The notes under the pieces are model-generated. The model saw only the letters and a list, made by a program, of their open reading frames with translations, made no database searches and was not told where the DNA came from. A stretch of DNA of 36,574 bases from Nemertoderma westbladi (lineage: Eukaryota > Animalia > Xenacoelomorpha): contig JAUCBJ010008595.1 of assembly GCA_032718475.1 (NCBI GenBank), forward strand, positions 1-36,574, written 5' to 3'. The first letter of the stretch is position 1, and each line of letters starts with the position of its first letter. Shown here in pieces: positions 13,095 to 25,243 of the stretch. Position numbers and translations under genes: made by a program.

Positions 13095-13137
13095 ACCACG
13101 CTGATGAGACCCAGTAAGGTCGAAACGCGTACGTGGT
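13095..13137 (+). ncRNA. Minimal type I hammerhead ribozyme
   Basis: ACCACG-CTGATGA-GACC(CAGTAA)GGTC-GAAA-CGCG-TA-CGTGGT: intact core, 6-bp stem I, 4-bp stem II, palindromic ACGCGT stem III; predicted cut after GUA (13131). Confidence 0.9.
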
Positions 13138-14186
13138 TTGGAGAGATATGAGATATTAATTTCAAGAAAAATTACGCGATTCCTAAATTTGTACACTACC
13201 CGGTTAAAAAGTACGCATGTGATGGGATTAGTCCTACAATTGCGCCAATAAAAGATAAGTTATTTTCGGTAAAATAAACTTATCATTCGAGGTTAAGACC
13301 CCTAGATCCCTTCCCATAATAAATGTATAATAACAAACACCTCGAAAAATACAGCTTGCCAACACATTCTTACTATCAATAATCAGAGTATGTATTGACA
13401 CTCGGCGAAATGATAGGTGAGCATTGCAATTAATTTAGTAAAAGTTTTGAACAATATGTACAGTATTCCATTAAGTGAGATTATGACTGATATTCTCAGT
13501 AAATCATGCATTCGTCTTGCAAGCTTACCGCTTTAGTTGTATGATTCAACTTATCCTGTGGGGCGAGCCACAAAGTGAGTGAGCCTTAGCGTAGTGGTAC
13601 CATTAATCAACCTGTCGTTCTGTCGGTTTTTTTTCAGTATTTTATTTTAAACGTTAATAACTCGGCCAATCCTTGATGAAATCTATCCAAACTTGGTACA
13701 CATGTTGTTTGGCAAAAGTTTGAAAATTTTCCAAGTAGAATTTGCGTGGGGCCTTCGTGCAGCATCAGTGTAACTGTTATTGCAGTTATAATAAATTTAT
13801 TTATCCAAATTTAAAATGCGTTAAATTATTATTACTGTAGGATAAATCAGCTGGGTTTCTGGCAAATTTTGCAATTCTGCATGTACCATGTGTACCGGTA
13901 CTGTCAGGCTGTACTCAATCCCTGAATCGAGAATCCTGCAATCAGTCAATACTGCAATACTGGTCAGCCGGTACCATACACTGCAGACATGCCATATCAT
14001 GTAATCTAATTAAACATGGCCCCGGAACCCTTGCGGTGATTATAGTTTAGGCCTAATTAGCCCAGTACCGGCACCAGTAATAATAATATAATAGTTTAGA
14101 TAGTTACCGCTAATCATTCAGTCATTGGCACGGTACACCGTATTGCTGTACTGCCGTTGTAGTGCGCACCGTAGGTACCACCCATA

Positions 14187-16006
14187 GCCTACTACACACA
14201 GGCCATGACAAGGACTTTGCTGTGAAATTAGCGTAGGCTGACTGTGCTGATTATGGTACTGTCAGGCTGTGGTACCTAAGCTATATACTGTTAGGTATAT
14301 TGCTGTATTGGGGTGGGGTTAGGAATAATCCATTTGTTTTAGCATTGAACTGTTGAATCCCCTTATTTATTATAAAACCATTGGAAATATTCGCAAATGC
14401 CGCTCCATTACTGTCTGAAACGCTCCCAACAGTCCGATGTATCTGGACCCGAGCAGCCGAGTTGCTTCAAGAGGTGATTAACGGGGGAATACTACGGAAT
14501 TGCTTGTTTGTCAGTACGATTCTAATTGGGTATTTACTACACTCAAGACACTGGGAATACGGCGGTCAGTCAGATCGTAATGCGGGCCACTGCCAAGTTC
14601 CTCATGCCTCACTCCGGTCACCCACCTTGGAGTGCGGTGGGAAGAGTCCCACTTACTGACTTACGTCGACGACTGGACGAATCGACGAGGATTGCGATCT
14701 GGGTTTAGCGGCGGCCCGGATCCTGGGATTGCCTGGGGGAAATGGTTGAACGTTGGGCAGACGTTATCGCACTGGATTACGTTCTCTGTGACGCGAAAGT
14801 GTGAAGCGAATACGTTGTCGAATTGGGTCGGAAGCTGCGGGAATTCTACTGTTCTACAGGAGTAAACCGCAGCGGTCCGGTGACTACGGACGGATACTAC
14901 TGGGATAAGCAGGTATTTCGATCGAGTTTCTCGTATTCTCGATGCTCGAGGCGGATAGAGAGTTGGTTGTGTTGGGCGGTGTTGTTCAATTCTATCAAAC
15001 ATATTAAATAATTGGTAAAATAATAAAAACACACCAGATATAGATAATGAGCTTATGGTAAAGAGATAGGCCGAACTTACAATTTCCAAATAGATTGTTC
15101 ATATAATAAATATATTTTTGGTATTTGATTTCAAGATAGAACTGGACGCAATAAAAATCCCCTCTCCAGGGGAAATTGGACGCAAATAACAACAGCTGAT
15201 TACTCTCAAAAATAAAACTGTAACCGGTTCTATTGTGTTTACTTTATTGTTTTGGTTAAAATAACGTGCCACTGTAACCTGCTCCTTTCCCAAAATTGAG
15301 AAATTAATATTGAGGCGGGATATTAATTCGCCAAGATGGGATTTGCGTCCAGTCCCACCCCCCTCCTATCTCTTGATTTTACTAAAAAATAGAATACATT
15401 GCATTTTACTGTTATAATTACTGTATTGAATAAAATAATTAATTGATTGTTTATTAAACCGTGCTAAGCACGTTGAACTGGAGCTCTAACAATTCCCCAC
15501 TAGCGGCAGACAGGAACTGTAAAAGTCTCTGTAGAATTTCTAATTAAGCAATGCTCTTAGGTAACTACTACTAAATTTCAGATGAATCTGATCGTTGGTT
15601 CTATAATTACAGCTATTTTTACGTTTCTGTTAATTCGCCCCCTAGCGGCAGACCGGGGAACTGTAGAAGTCTGTCTGTGTGTAGAATTTCTAAATTTTTT
15701 ATAGACTACATGTGTACCAAGTTTGGTTCCATTTCATCCATGATTGACCGACTTATTAGCGTTCAAACATTCCTGCCACAAACACAGCCAGAGGCAGCCA
15801 CAAACGAATAAAAGCTGCAGGAACTCGAGCGATAATTAATTTATTAATTATTAAATACTGTTTCAATTAAATTCTTTACGAAAATCTAGTCATCTTCTTT
15901 TAAATATGGACCTTGCATTCATGGAAAATATAATATTTGATAATTCATCAGTCAGCCTACGCTAATTTCACAGCAAAGTCCTTGTCATGGCCTGTGTGTA
16001 GTAGGC
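14187..16006. repeat. Perfect 58-bp inverted repeat pair (14187-14244 / 15949-16006)
   Basis: GCCTACTACACACAGGCCATG...GCGTAGGCTGACTG and its exact reverse complement. Confidence 0.9.
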
Positions 16007-16251
16007 CATGGTACCACCCTACTACCGGTACCGGCTGACCGCGTGACCGGTGGCAACTAGCACTTCAGCACTTGCACAGCAACAGCACTACCGGCGATAC
16101 ACAGGTTGAAATTTATGTAGAGTTTGCTCAACAGTACAGATATAAAATAGTTATCTAAATTATATATATTACTATTGACAAGTATTGAAATATATACCGT
16201 TATTCGTGTTATCAGTATTTGCAACATCTGACATTGAAGAGGTGAGAGAAG

Positions 16252-16590
16252 ATGAATACCGGCACTCAACAAAACCAACGCTTATCACAGGTCGGTATGG
16301 TTACCTCGAAACCGGCGCGACTGTCCACTCGAATACAACTTCAAAACACAAGCGCCAACAATAAACTGAAAGCGAATCGAACGTCTTCAGAAGAATCTGT
16401 CATTGGGACGAAGAAAAGGAAGCCGAAACCACGGGAATGGACCACAGCTAAGATTGAATGCTCCCATTGTCAGAGTTCCTGGACCGAAATTGAAACACCA
16501 ATTGCCGATGGGCTTGATCTCTCAAACCAAAACTTCCTCTGCGGGGTTTGCGCGGCAGTAAAGATTGAAAGTCTGGAAGCTGGCATCCCT
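16252..16590 (+). pseudogene. Possible N-terminal zinc-finger (PHD-like) fragment of a LINE ORF1
   Basis: IECSHCQSSW...NFLCGVCAAVKIESLE: two CxxC pairs followed by a coiled-coil-like start, as in CR1/L2-group ORF1 proteins; nothing follows downstream. Confidence 0.45.
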
Positions 16591-17284
16591 AGGTATTATT
16601 ATTATAAAGAGCGTCAGCCTGCGTTTAATAAATATATTTTAATACAAAACAGGTAGAACGCAAAGAGGCTTATAATGAAGACGAGTACTGCATTGATTAT
16701 ATTCCTATAAACCACCTGGCTTTGCATATTGAACGTGCGTTTGGAAATAAGTTTGTGCTACCCTTCCGTGGGTGGTAGATGTCGCGGTTATGTATTGGTG
16801 GGTGGGGGAGGGGGGGGGGGGGGTGCAGATTAAAAGGGGTGAACACGTACTGTCCCCCTTTCTTTGATTAATTGGTGGTGTGGGTTAATCTCTCATAACC
16901 TGATTTTGTGATACAGTCGCACAATTTTAATTTGTATCTCATAACTGGGCCTCGTGCTGCGCGAAGGCCCCACGAACGTGTTATTTTGTATTGGGTACAA
17001 TCTTTCAGATCGTAGGTGTGGGTGGGTGTCGCGGTGTGGGGTAGGGTAGTGGGTTGGTGTATGTTGATTTTATGTTCATTTTCGTTGGAGAGTGGGAGTG
17101 GGAGAGGTGATGAGTTGGGGCAGTTCCGCGGCAATAATAATACTGCCTCTCAATAAAGATACCCCCTTTACTGCTATCAGGGACGCGTTGTTCGACAGAG
17201 CCCCGTCCGCAAATTAGCCCGTACCGCTAGTCGGTGGGGTTGACTTGTTGACGAGAGGCTATTTACAGGCGCATCGGTCAACCA

Positions 17285-17705
17285 TTACTGACCGGGATCA
17301 GGTATAAGAACTATTAAGTCTTCAAAATCGCCTATGTTTAGGAAGTCAATGTTGTAAACCTTAGCAGATGACTCCTCGTCATCTGGCACAGAGCCGTTCC
17401 AATCCACTCCATATTGGCTTTCATTACGAATTTGTACATCTAAATCTGGGTTACTGAGTACGCTATTAACGAACATATTTTTAGGAGACCAGTTTCTTTC
17501 TGTTCTGACGGGGTGCACCAATCGGCAGTGAATTCATCTAATGTCTTATTAATTCTCGATTTGAAAATGTAGTGAAGCAAAAACAAGTCTATGGTACTAG
17601 AAGGGTCTAAATAACCATTCTCCTCCATCCAATAGAATAAACTGTAATGTCTTTGGCACACAGTCCTAAATACATTTCTCTGAACTGTCTCGATTCTCTT
17701 GTTGC
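17285..17705 (-). pseudogene. DDE integrase/transposase C-terminal remnant (eukaryotic IS3/IS481-like type)
   Basis: NKRIETVQRNVF..VCQRHYSLFYWMEENGYLDP...LHYIF..RINKTLDEF..W, frameshift, HPVRTERNWSP...YGVDWNG; matches the family pattern NQRIERLWRDV...W..HP.RTE.N.SP as I recall it. Confidence 0.7.
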
Positions 17706-18598
17706 AAAAAGTCGGATGGACATCTTAGATTTATTGTATTCTGATCTCATTGATGCACAGGCGGGTGAGTCTGCAGTGCCTATAATAATAACTATTTAAA
17801 TACTTGTGTGTAGAGTAGCACTTTACAGTGTGATGATCCGAGTGGCTTTGTTACACGAACGAACGTTAGTGATTGAGTGAAAATAAAGCCACGAGGATTG
17901 GAACACTGTAAAGTACTTCGCAACAAGTATGTATGAAGTTTTATTCCAAAATTTTGCACGGCGTATGACCCACTGTGTCTGGGAGACTGAATTCTGAAAA
18001 GTAGGTTAATTTGCATTATTCGATTGATCTCTACTATATAATCTCCAAAAACTATGTTCACTTTCAGGGCAGTATCAACACTTCCTTTCAGATGCTATGC
18101 TTTAAATACTTTTATTATTATTATTTAATTCATCGGGCCAAGGCCCATTGTACCTACACGACACCTATTTATTAGCACACATAATAATATTAAGTAAGTA
18201 GTTCATTCAAGTTTACATTAAATCAATACAAAGGAGTAACATTTAACGGGGAATTACCAATCAAATATTGCAATATTAAACCATTAAACCAAGAACAATG
18301 TTCCAACGACAATGTAAGTAATAAAGAATTAGTGATTGAGCTACAGGCATGATTGAGTTCTCAGAGTTAGCAGTACGGCTAAGTAAGGAGAAAATATTAA
18401 TTCTAAGAACAGCACGAAAGTTATTCACTCTTTACAATGACAATAGTTTATATAAAAGATAGACTAAGAACAAAACACAAAAATAATGTAGTTTAAGTAG
18501 AATAAAAATTCAATAATTTTTACAACGAAAAAATATTCAAAAGATTTTACAGCGGAAAAAAATTCAAAAAATTTTACATAACACACAAAATCAGAAAT

Positions 18599-21402
18599 TT
18601 AGGTTACCCCAAGCACCACTAACCACCTCTTACGCAACACCGAGAGAGGAGAAACGTTAGCAATTACACGAATAATGATGTTTTGTGAAACATCAATACG
18701 TCGTAGCAAAGAAAAAATATTACTTCTCTGCATAGCCCTAAAAGTATTGATCCTATTATTTACAAAAATTTCACTAGCGTCCTCAGTTCTAGAATATTGG
18801 AAAAGTGATCTAAAAGCAGTATTATAAGCTACCTTAACCTTGCGCAAATTCTCAACACGAAATATAGACCAGAGTGAGCAACAGTACATGCTGTAACAGT
18901 AGGATCTAAATAAGGTTAACTTTACATCATATGAACAATTCGAAAATAATCTAGCAATCTGGTTACCCCTACAATACATTGAGCACATTATACGTTTCAT
19001 ATCTGATTCATCGCTTAGATCGCAAGTAATTGTATGCCCAAGGTAATTAACCTCCTTAACACAATGTAATGGTTTACCACAAAGATATACATCACCAGCA
19101 CGGTTAATTCTATAAGGAAGAAAATACATACAGTGAGATTTAAGCGGGTTAAATTCAATATCAAATTCCACCCCAAACTTTTCACAAATAGCAATTAACT
19201 TACGTAGACCAAAAATGCTAGGGGATAATAAACATAGATCGTCTGCATAAAAAAGATTATTAATAATAATGGAACCTACTTTGCAACCAACAAAAGAGAC
19301 GTTCAAGCGTCTACTTAATTCCGTCATATAGATATTAAAGAGAACAGGGCTGAGAAGGCTCCCCTGTCGTACACCATTAGTAACAGTGAAGACATCCGAG
19401 GAAGCACTTCCCCATCTTACAAAAATATATTGATTTGAATACCAAAAGGAAAGAATACGCACAATTGAAACCGGTACATTAATATCCAATAGCTGTCTAA
19501 ACAATTTAAAATGATTTACCCGGTCAAACGCCTTAGACGCATCTAAGAACGCCGAATACACTGGAGATTCTCGACTGACATATAAATAACAGTTTCTTTT
19601 AACGCAAAAATACACATTTCAGTGCCTAGAGCTGACTGAAAACCGAATTGATTATCAGTACATTTAGCACGACCCTTGATAAAAGGCAGTATACATGCCT
19701 CAAATACTTTCGATATCGCGTTAGCAACAGCTATAGGTCTGTAATTAGTGAAATCAGAATAACTAGCATTCTTATTTTTAATTACAGGTAAAATACTAGA
19801 AGTAATAAAGCTATTAGGCAAATAACCATGAACCAAAAAAGCATTAAATAATAGGGCTAACATTACTGACAAACGCGGCCCTGCAAATATTAAACTTTCT
19901 GGAAAAATCCCATCCGGACCTGCAGCCTTTCCTTTAGAAAGACTCTGAACCGCCTCATAAACCATAGACGGAGTAATATGCACATAATTAGAACCATCCC
20001 AATTATCAAACACACCTTTCACGTAGACAAAATCATCATCCTTACACGGCATTGAGTTAAAGATATGCTCATCACTACTCTTAAAAAGATCAGCTATTTC
20101 CGGTTCGGAATTAGCACCACCAACATTATTGGAACGTTTAATTTTCGCGTTATTTCGCGATCGCACTGAACTCCAAAAATCGTTTTTACTATCAATAAAA
20201 GACTGAGCTAATTTGTCGTCTCTGATAGACTGCACAGACCGACGACAATTACGCAGGGCCAATTTGAACTGCGCGGTTGCACGCCGTTTCACGTCCCAAA
20301 TAAAACCGAATCTCGGTCGCCCCTGCTCACACCATATATGAAAGGCCTCCTGCGCCGCTTCATATTTTTCTTTAACAAACTCGTTCCAACCGGGAACAGC
20401 ATTAGTAGTCCTACTGTTATAACTACACTTAGAAGTAGGGATATACTTATCTACACTAGATTTAATAGCACCAATAACTTGGTCGTAAGATATTTTAAGA
20501 CTGCTTAAATGTTCAGGGTTACTACAGTGAACATCACAACAAGTAACAGAGTCCGGTAAATTAAATATAGATAAGCACTCATCTAAACCATTATGGTAAG
20601 CATCGATTACAGTACTATCTACCTTCTTCCAATCGGAACGTGGAGAAGCTGGTTCTACGTGTACGTGCCTGGGAGATGAATCTACAGAGACATCGCACAC
20701 AAAGGATAACGGGAGATGATCATCAACCGAAACATCTGTAACTACTTTAAGACCAGAAATCTTGCCATGGAAACTTGGCGTAGAAACTACATGATCTAAC
20801 CAAGACACCGTACCGTAAATATGACTTATATACGTAAACGTTTCCCTTGGTAATAAAATAACATCTGATACTATCAACGAAGAAAAATTACAGAAATTCT
20901 GTAATTCTGTTCCAAAATTCCGACCGGGCATAGCATTAAAATCGCCAATAACTGCACAAAGATTACCGGGGTGGTCATTAATACTTGTAAAGCACACTGA
21001 TAATAATTCCAAAAATAATTCGAAATTATCCGAATTATCGCACGGAAAATAGGCATTAATTAAAAACATCGTGGATCCATCCGAGCACTCTACAGTAACA
21101 CCTAATAAACGATTGTTATTCAAATCAATTATTTTAACTTTATTATTCAACGACTTATGCCAGAGGATGGCTAGCCCCCCGTGAGGCCTGCCAACACGAG
21201 GACCATCACTTAGATCTACACTTGCCACCCCACTACCAAAATAGTCGCCTTCAATGCTGTTTAAAGAATGCAGGTCCTGCTTGTATTGCCACGTTTCCTG
21301 GAGAAACAATATATCGTGATTTTTACATAGCGACCTAACATGGTCCATATGGGAGGTAAGACCTCCACAGTTATACGAACATATCCGCAAATTATGACTC
21401 AT
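18599..21402 (-). pseudogene. LINE B ORF2 (APE + RT) with a single frameshift near 19585
   Basis: SYNCGG, LQETW, GDFNA, LDH, DDHLP, NYRPIA and QFGF in 19543-21402; FLDASKAFD, GVRQG and YADD in 18599-19615. The frames join at LKETV/YVSRESPVY. Confidence 0.93.
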
Positions 21403-21555
21403 TATCTATACTAAAAAATTACTTTTTAACTAATTAAAACTGTTACTATAAATAACAATGGGTACTGAAGCAAATTGGGTTACTTAGAAATTAAGTTGGA
21501 TTATTTGATTAGAGTCTTTAGTGTAATAGTCTCTAACGCTACTCCCATCCAGCAC

Positions 21556-23205
21556 TTAAACCCGAGACCCATCCATAGGGACCCAGTGCCTCTTCACAAG
21601 AATCCCCTGCGGCCAGGATCTAGTGTCAATAAGTTTTTCATACACATCCTTACTCCGAGTTATTATAATAAACGAGCTATAGGTCTGGTGTAGTTGTTTC
21701 GGGTTAGCAACCACCGAACCAACAGACAAATTATGCTGCGAGTTAATAAACTCCTCGACAACCGCTGCTGTTGTTTCGGGGGTGAAACGAGAAACAAAGA
21801 TACGCAACTCTCGCGGCTCACGGGCAGCCGCAACTAGGCCAGGAAACTCAAAAGTACCGGTTCCAATCGGCGCCGGACGTTTCTTCCGCCTGTCGGCAGT
21901 GAAACCACCAGGGAACGCAGCACGGGTACCAGAAGCAGGAGGAACAGGACCGTCCGATGTAGCAGGTTGCTTGGAGGGACCTCCATCGACACCGCCGCCA
22001 CCCCGGCGTCGTCCTCGTAGACCACGTAGTTTAGCAGATCGAGGACGTCGACTTGCTTCTTCACTGTCGGAAGCAGCCTGATCAGAAGTCAAATCAACCA
22101 GCGGATCAAACCGATTGTGAACTGCTGGCTGGGGACTGGGGAAGTAGGTAGGCAGGGGACGCCTCGGGGGGTGGCCAGGATGGCCACGAACTGCACTCGC
22201 ATATGAGTTGAGCTGGATTTGATTAGAGACCCGAGCCCGATGGAAGTTGCCACTGGATACAGCTGTGGCTCCCTCCTGTCCGGTGTTCGTACCATGTTCG
22301 GAATAATCGGGATCCAGATCTGCCCCGGAGGCGGAGACAAGGTCTGTAACTTCCTCCTCTTCATTACGGGTATAGTCGACGGGGCGAGGAAACTCCCTCT
22401 GGCACAGATTATTCGAAGAAACCCGATCAGAGACCCTCACGGAAACCAGATTAGCGACAATAGGACTGACCAATTCCGGCAGATCATCCTTCTTACAGTA
22501 CGATTCCTTGAGCAGGATGTCATGGCGTTCAATTGAGAGTTTCATTTCTAGGAGGGAATCACGAATATCTCTAAAGTCCTCGTCGCGTACAGCCAAGTTC
22601 ACAGACTGTTTATCCGTCGGCGGTAAACGCGCCGGATTTAGCGTGTAGAAGCATGGACAATTCTCTGAGTCTACAAAACAACTCTCGTTGAATAAATTAT
22701 ACATGTCAAGGACATGATTTCTCTTCGCTTTATTGCCGATACGACCAACCCAGGAAGGCAACGGGCGATCAGGAATAGCACACTTAACTGCCTCAGCGAA
22801 GAGCAATTTATTCGCTAAAACAATATCATCCAGCGAGTAAAAGTTCGCGATCGCAGCAGACAACTGAATTTTGTCTAGCGTGGAAATTCCAAACTGCAGA
22901 AAACAAAGCAGTTCCGAGTGAACGAGCCGACAGTCTGCTCCATGATCATCTAGGATCGGTGCCTCCTCCACCAGCCCCCAATCCTCAGTTTGAGAGATGG
23001 TAATCGAATCACTATCATTACCGTCCTCCTCCACCGTAAACACTTCAGTCACCCTTGGAGTCATACTGTCACAATGCTTCAAGCAACAGGTTTCACATAA
23101 AAGCCTATTATCCAACAATTTAAAGATCACAGATGGTTTACCGTTTACAGCACTAATTGGCAGCTCCACGGTCAGGCAATCTGCACACTTCTTTAGTGAT
23201 GTCAT
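21556..23205 (-). CDS. LINE B ORF1, 549 aa (N-terminal CxxC pairs, coiled coil, C-terminal RRM-like domain)
   Basis: Intact ORF directly upstream of ORF2; ELLCFLQ..FYSLDDI..RLPP and IFVSRF..WPQGILVK motifs. Confidence 0.88.
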   Translation of the reverse strand: MTSLKKCADCLTVELPISAVNGKPSVIFKLLDNRLLCETCCLKHCDSMTPRVTEVFTVEEDGNDSDSITISQTEDWGLVEEAPILDDHGADCRLVHSELLCFLQFGISTLDKIQLSAAIANFYSLDDIVLANKLLFAEAVKCAIPDRPLPSWVGRIGNKAKRNHVLDMYNLFNESCFVDSENCPCFYTLNPARLPPTDKQSVNLAVRDEDFRDIRDSLLEMKLSIERHDILLKESYCKKDDLPELVSPIVANLVSVRVSDRVSSNNLCQREFPRPVDYTRNEEEEVTDLVSASGADLDPDYSEHGTNTGQEGATAVSSGNFHRARVSNQIQLNSYASAVRGHPGHPPRRPLPTYFPSPQPAVHNRFDPLVDLTSDQAASDSEEASRRPRSAKLRGLRGRRRGGGGVDGGPSKQPATSDGPVPPASGTRAAFPGGFTADRRKKRPAPIGTGTFEFPGLVAAAREPRELRIFVSRFTPETTAAVVEEFINSQHNLSVGSVVANPKQLHQTYSSFIIITRSKDVYEKLIDTRSWPQGILVKRHWVPMDGSRV

Positions 23206-24819
23206 TCCGGTCAGTGTAAGCAGTACAGCAGTATAACGCTAGGATTTAGCTAGGCTTCAGCCTGCTGATGTGATAGATACCACCTCAGATAGATTGAGAG
23301 ATCAGATAGATAGATTGACAAATAATTACGATTTACTGCACATTAGTTGCGGTTTCCTAAACATCTTTACAAAAAAAGTTGTAACAACATTCATACAGTA
23401 ATTATCTGCGTCTTCAACTCCTGCTGACCAAATCGTTTCTAGTGTTCTAGAGTAGTTCTAGAGAACCGAATACTAGACAGATAATTACAACGGATTGTTT
23501 AATCGAGACACCGTAATTTACATTCTTTAGGATTGTAGTATTATGTACTCGCACTCACTCCACTGATAATAATACGGAATCACTCTGATTTGCTGACTAT
23601 TACCAATTTTGTTCATGTATAAGGAGTAATTAAGCTCACTTACATTGGTGTTATGAAATAGTATAAATACCACACAGACCACAGTAATTTGAGCCAAATT
23701 GTTACTCATACTTCCCTTCTGCTTACCTCTCGATAATAAAGAAAGTTAGTTGAGATTATCGATTATATATACGTATTCTCCAAATATATACATCCAGCAA
23801 CAATATTACCGAACAAAATGAACAACAGTTCCAAAAACAGTAAAATAACATCGGTGGCGGCAGTTAATCGGCAGTCAGATGTTTGACGTTAATAAGTTAA
23901 AAGCAGTAAGTGTAGAATGAAATGAAGGAATGCAGTGCAATTAATGAGTGAAGGTAACTTACTGGTCCTCGATAATTCACGCCACTGTTGTTTTCTGTGC
24001 TGAATACTATCTCACTGCCTAAGCCTATGCATACTCTGAGTTATAAACACCAGTAAAAGGTGAGTCATAGAATTTTTAGAATCCTGGTCAAAACTCCAAT
24101 CGGGAGCCAGTAATCCAGTCAGCTGTCTGTAACTAAGGGATTCAGTTTCCTGTGTAATGGAACTCTAGGGTCGGAGAAAGTGAAAATTGCATTGATTGGT
24201 CGTTTTGATATCACAGGGGGTATGGAGATATAGAAACCAGGGTTCAGTTTTTGAGTGATTTCGTCAACAGAGTCATATACCAAAAGTAAATGCAAGAAGG
24301 CGTAAGTTTATATGTATACTTTTCCTAATTAACGACAATATACTTCTTGAAACTTGTCAGTTGACATTGGAGGTGCCAAATTCTATGTTATATATACTTA
24401 TTCATATTTATCCATCTAAAAATCAATCAGCCCACTAATTTAGAGGTCCTGCTGCAGCTTGGCAGGTCGTGGTTTAGTAGGTCATGTCTCAACTATCTTG
24501 AGATATTGTTGCGTTTAGAGTAGTTCGCGCATTGCCAAAAAAGATACATTTTTGCTGCAAAAGCTTTTACACTGCTAATCTCGCCATCGACCAACCAGTA
24601 ACACTGGCTGTTCTCCACTTTGAAGTAGACCCCACACTGTTCCTGCCACACAACATGAATCTCCCCCTAGACACCAACAAGAAAGAATTACCATGCGAAA
24701 TGGCTATACAATCCAAAGGCCAAACTATTTTTTTCTGACAACGGTTCTGTGGGAAGCTGTGTAGTGTCCTTATCCATGACTGGTATGGAACTGTTCATAT
24801 AATATAACTTTTACTTTAA

Positions 24820-25243
24820 GGGGCCGTCCAAGTATGACGTCTGCACTTTTCCCCAAAATGTTAACCCCCTCCCTCCCCTAAATCAGATGTCATCAGATAG
24901 GCGTTGATACCCCCCCTCCCTTAAATCAGATTAAAAAAAAATTTTGTAATAAACTATTATATTATGGACTTGTAAATCATTCAATTATTATTTTTAATCA
25001 AATTATGAATTATATAATTATATAGTAAATTATTAATTAATATTATAATATAATAATAGTTATTCAATCAGCCAGGGACTGAATCTATCCTCAATAGTTA
25101 TATCTCTTCTAGCACCTATAAATAAACATGCTGACGTCAGATTTTGGCTGACCCCCTCCCCTCCCCTCATCAGCACGTCATCAGATTTTCCCAACCCCCC
25201 TCCCCCCCCCCCTAAAGTGCTGACGTCATACTTGGACGGCCCC
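24820..25243. mobile_element. MITE with ~30-bp terminal inverted repeats
   Basis: GGGGCCGTCCAAGTATGACGTC(T/A)GCACTTT at both ends in inverted orientation, AT-rich centre; no exact TSD. Confidence 0.85.

Larger units (their letters stand above)
12858..13384 (+). mobile_element. Non-autonomous hammerhead-containing retroelement (retrozyme/SINE-like)
   Basis: TSD AGAGTATGTATT at 12846-12857 and 13385-13396; exact 66-bp direct repeat 12909-12974 / 13320-13385; 31-bp inverted copy 12854-12884 / 13302-13332; internal Pol III boxes and hammerhead. Confidence 0.78.
18112..23320 (-). mobile_element. Full-length non-LTR retrotransposon B, same clade as LINE A
   Basis: ORF1, spacer, ORF2, then a 3'UTR ending GGGCCTTGGCCC-GATGAATTAAAT(AAT)n. 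The 5' boundary is approximate; no TSD identified. Confidence 0.92.

Noticed and set aside
13032-13100. Functional tRNA gene (Gly-TCC-like)
   Set aside because: No acceptor stem, a weak T stem, and it runs straight into a hammerhead; treated as a SINE-type head.
21782-23236. Short + strand ORFs opposite LINE ORFs (also 632-940, 3533-4547) and alternative frames at 26355-26693 and 32075-32329
   Set aside because: Shadow ORFs of real coding regions with no recognisable motifs.
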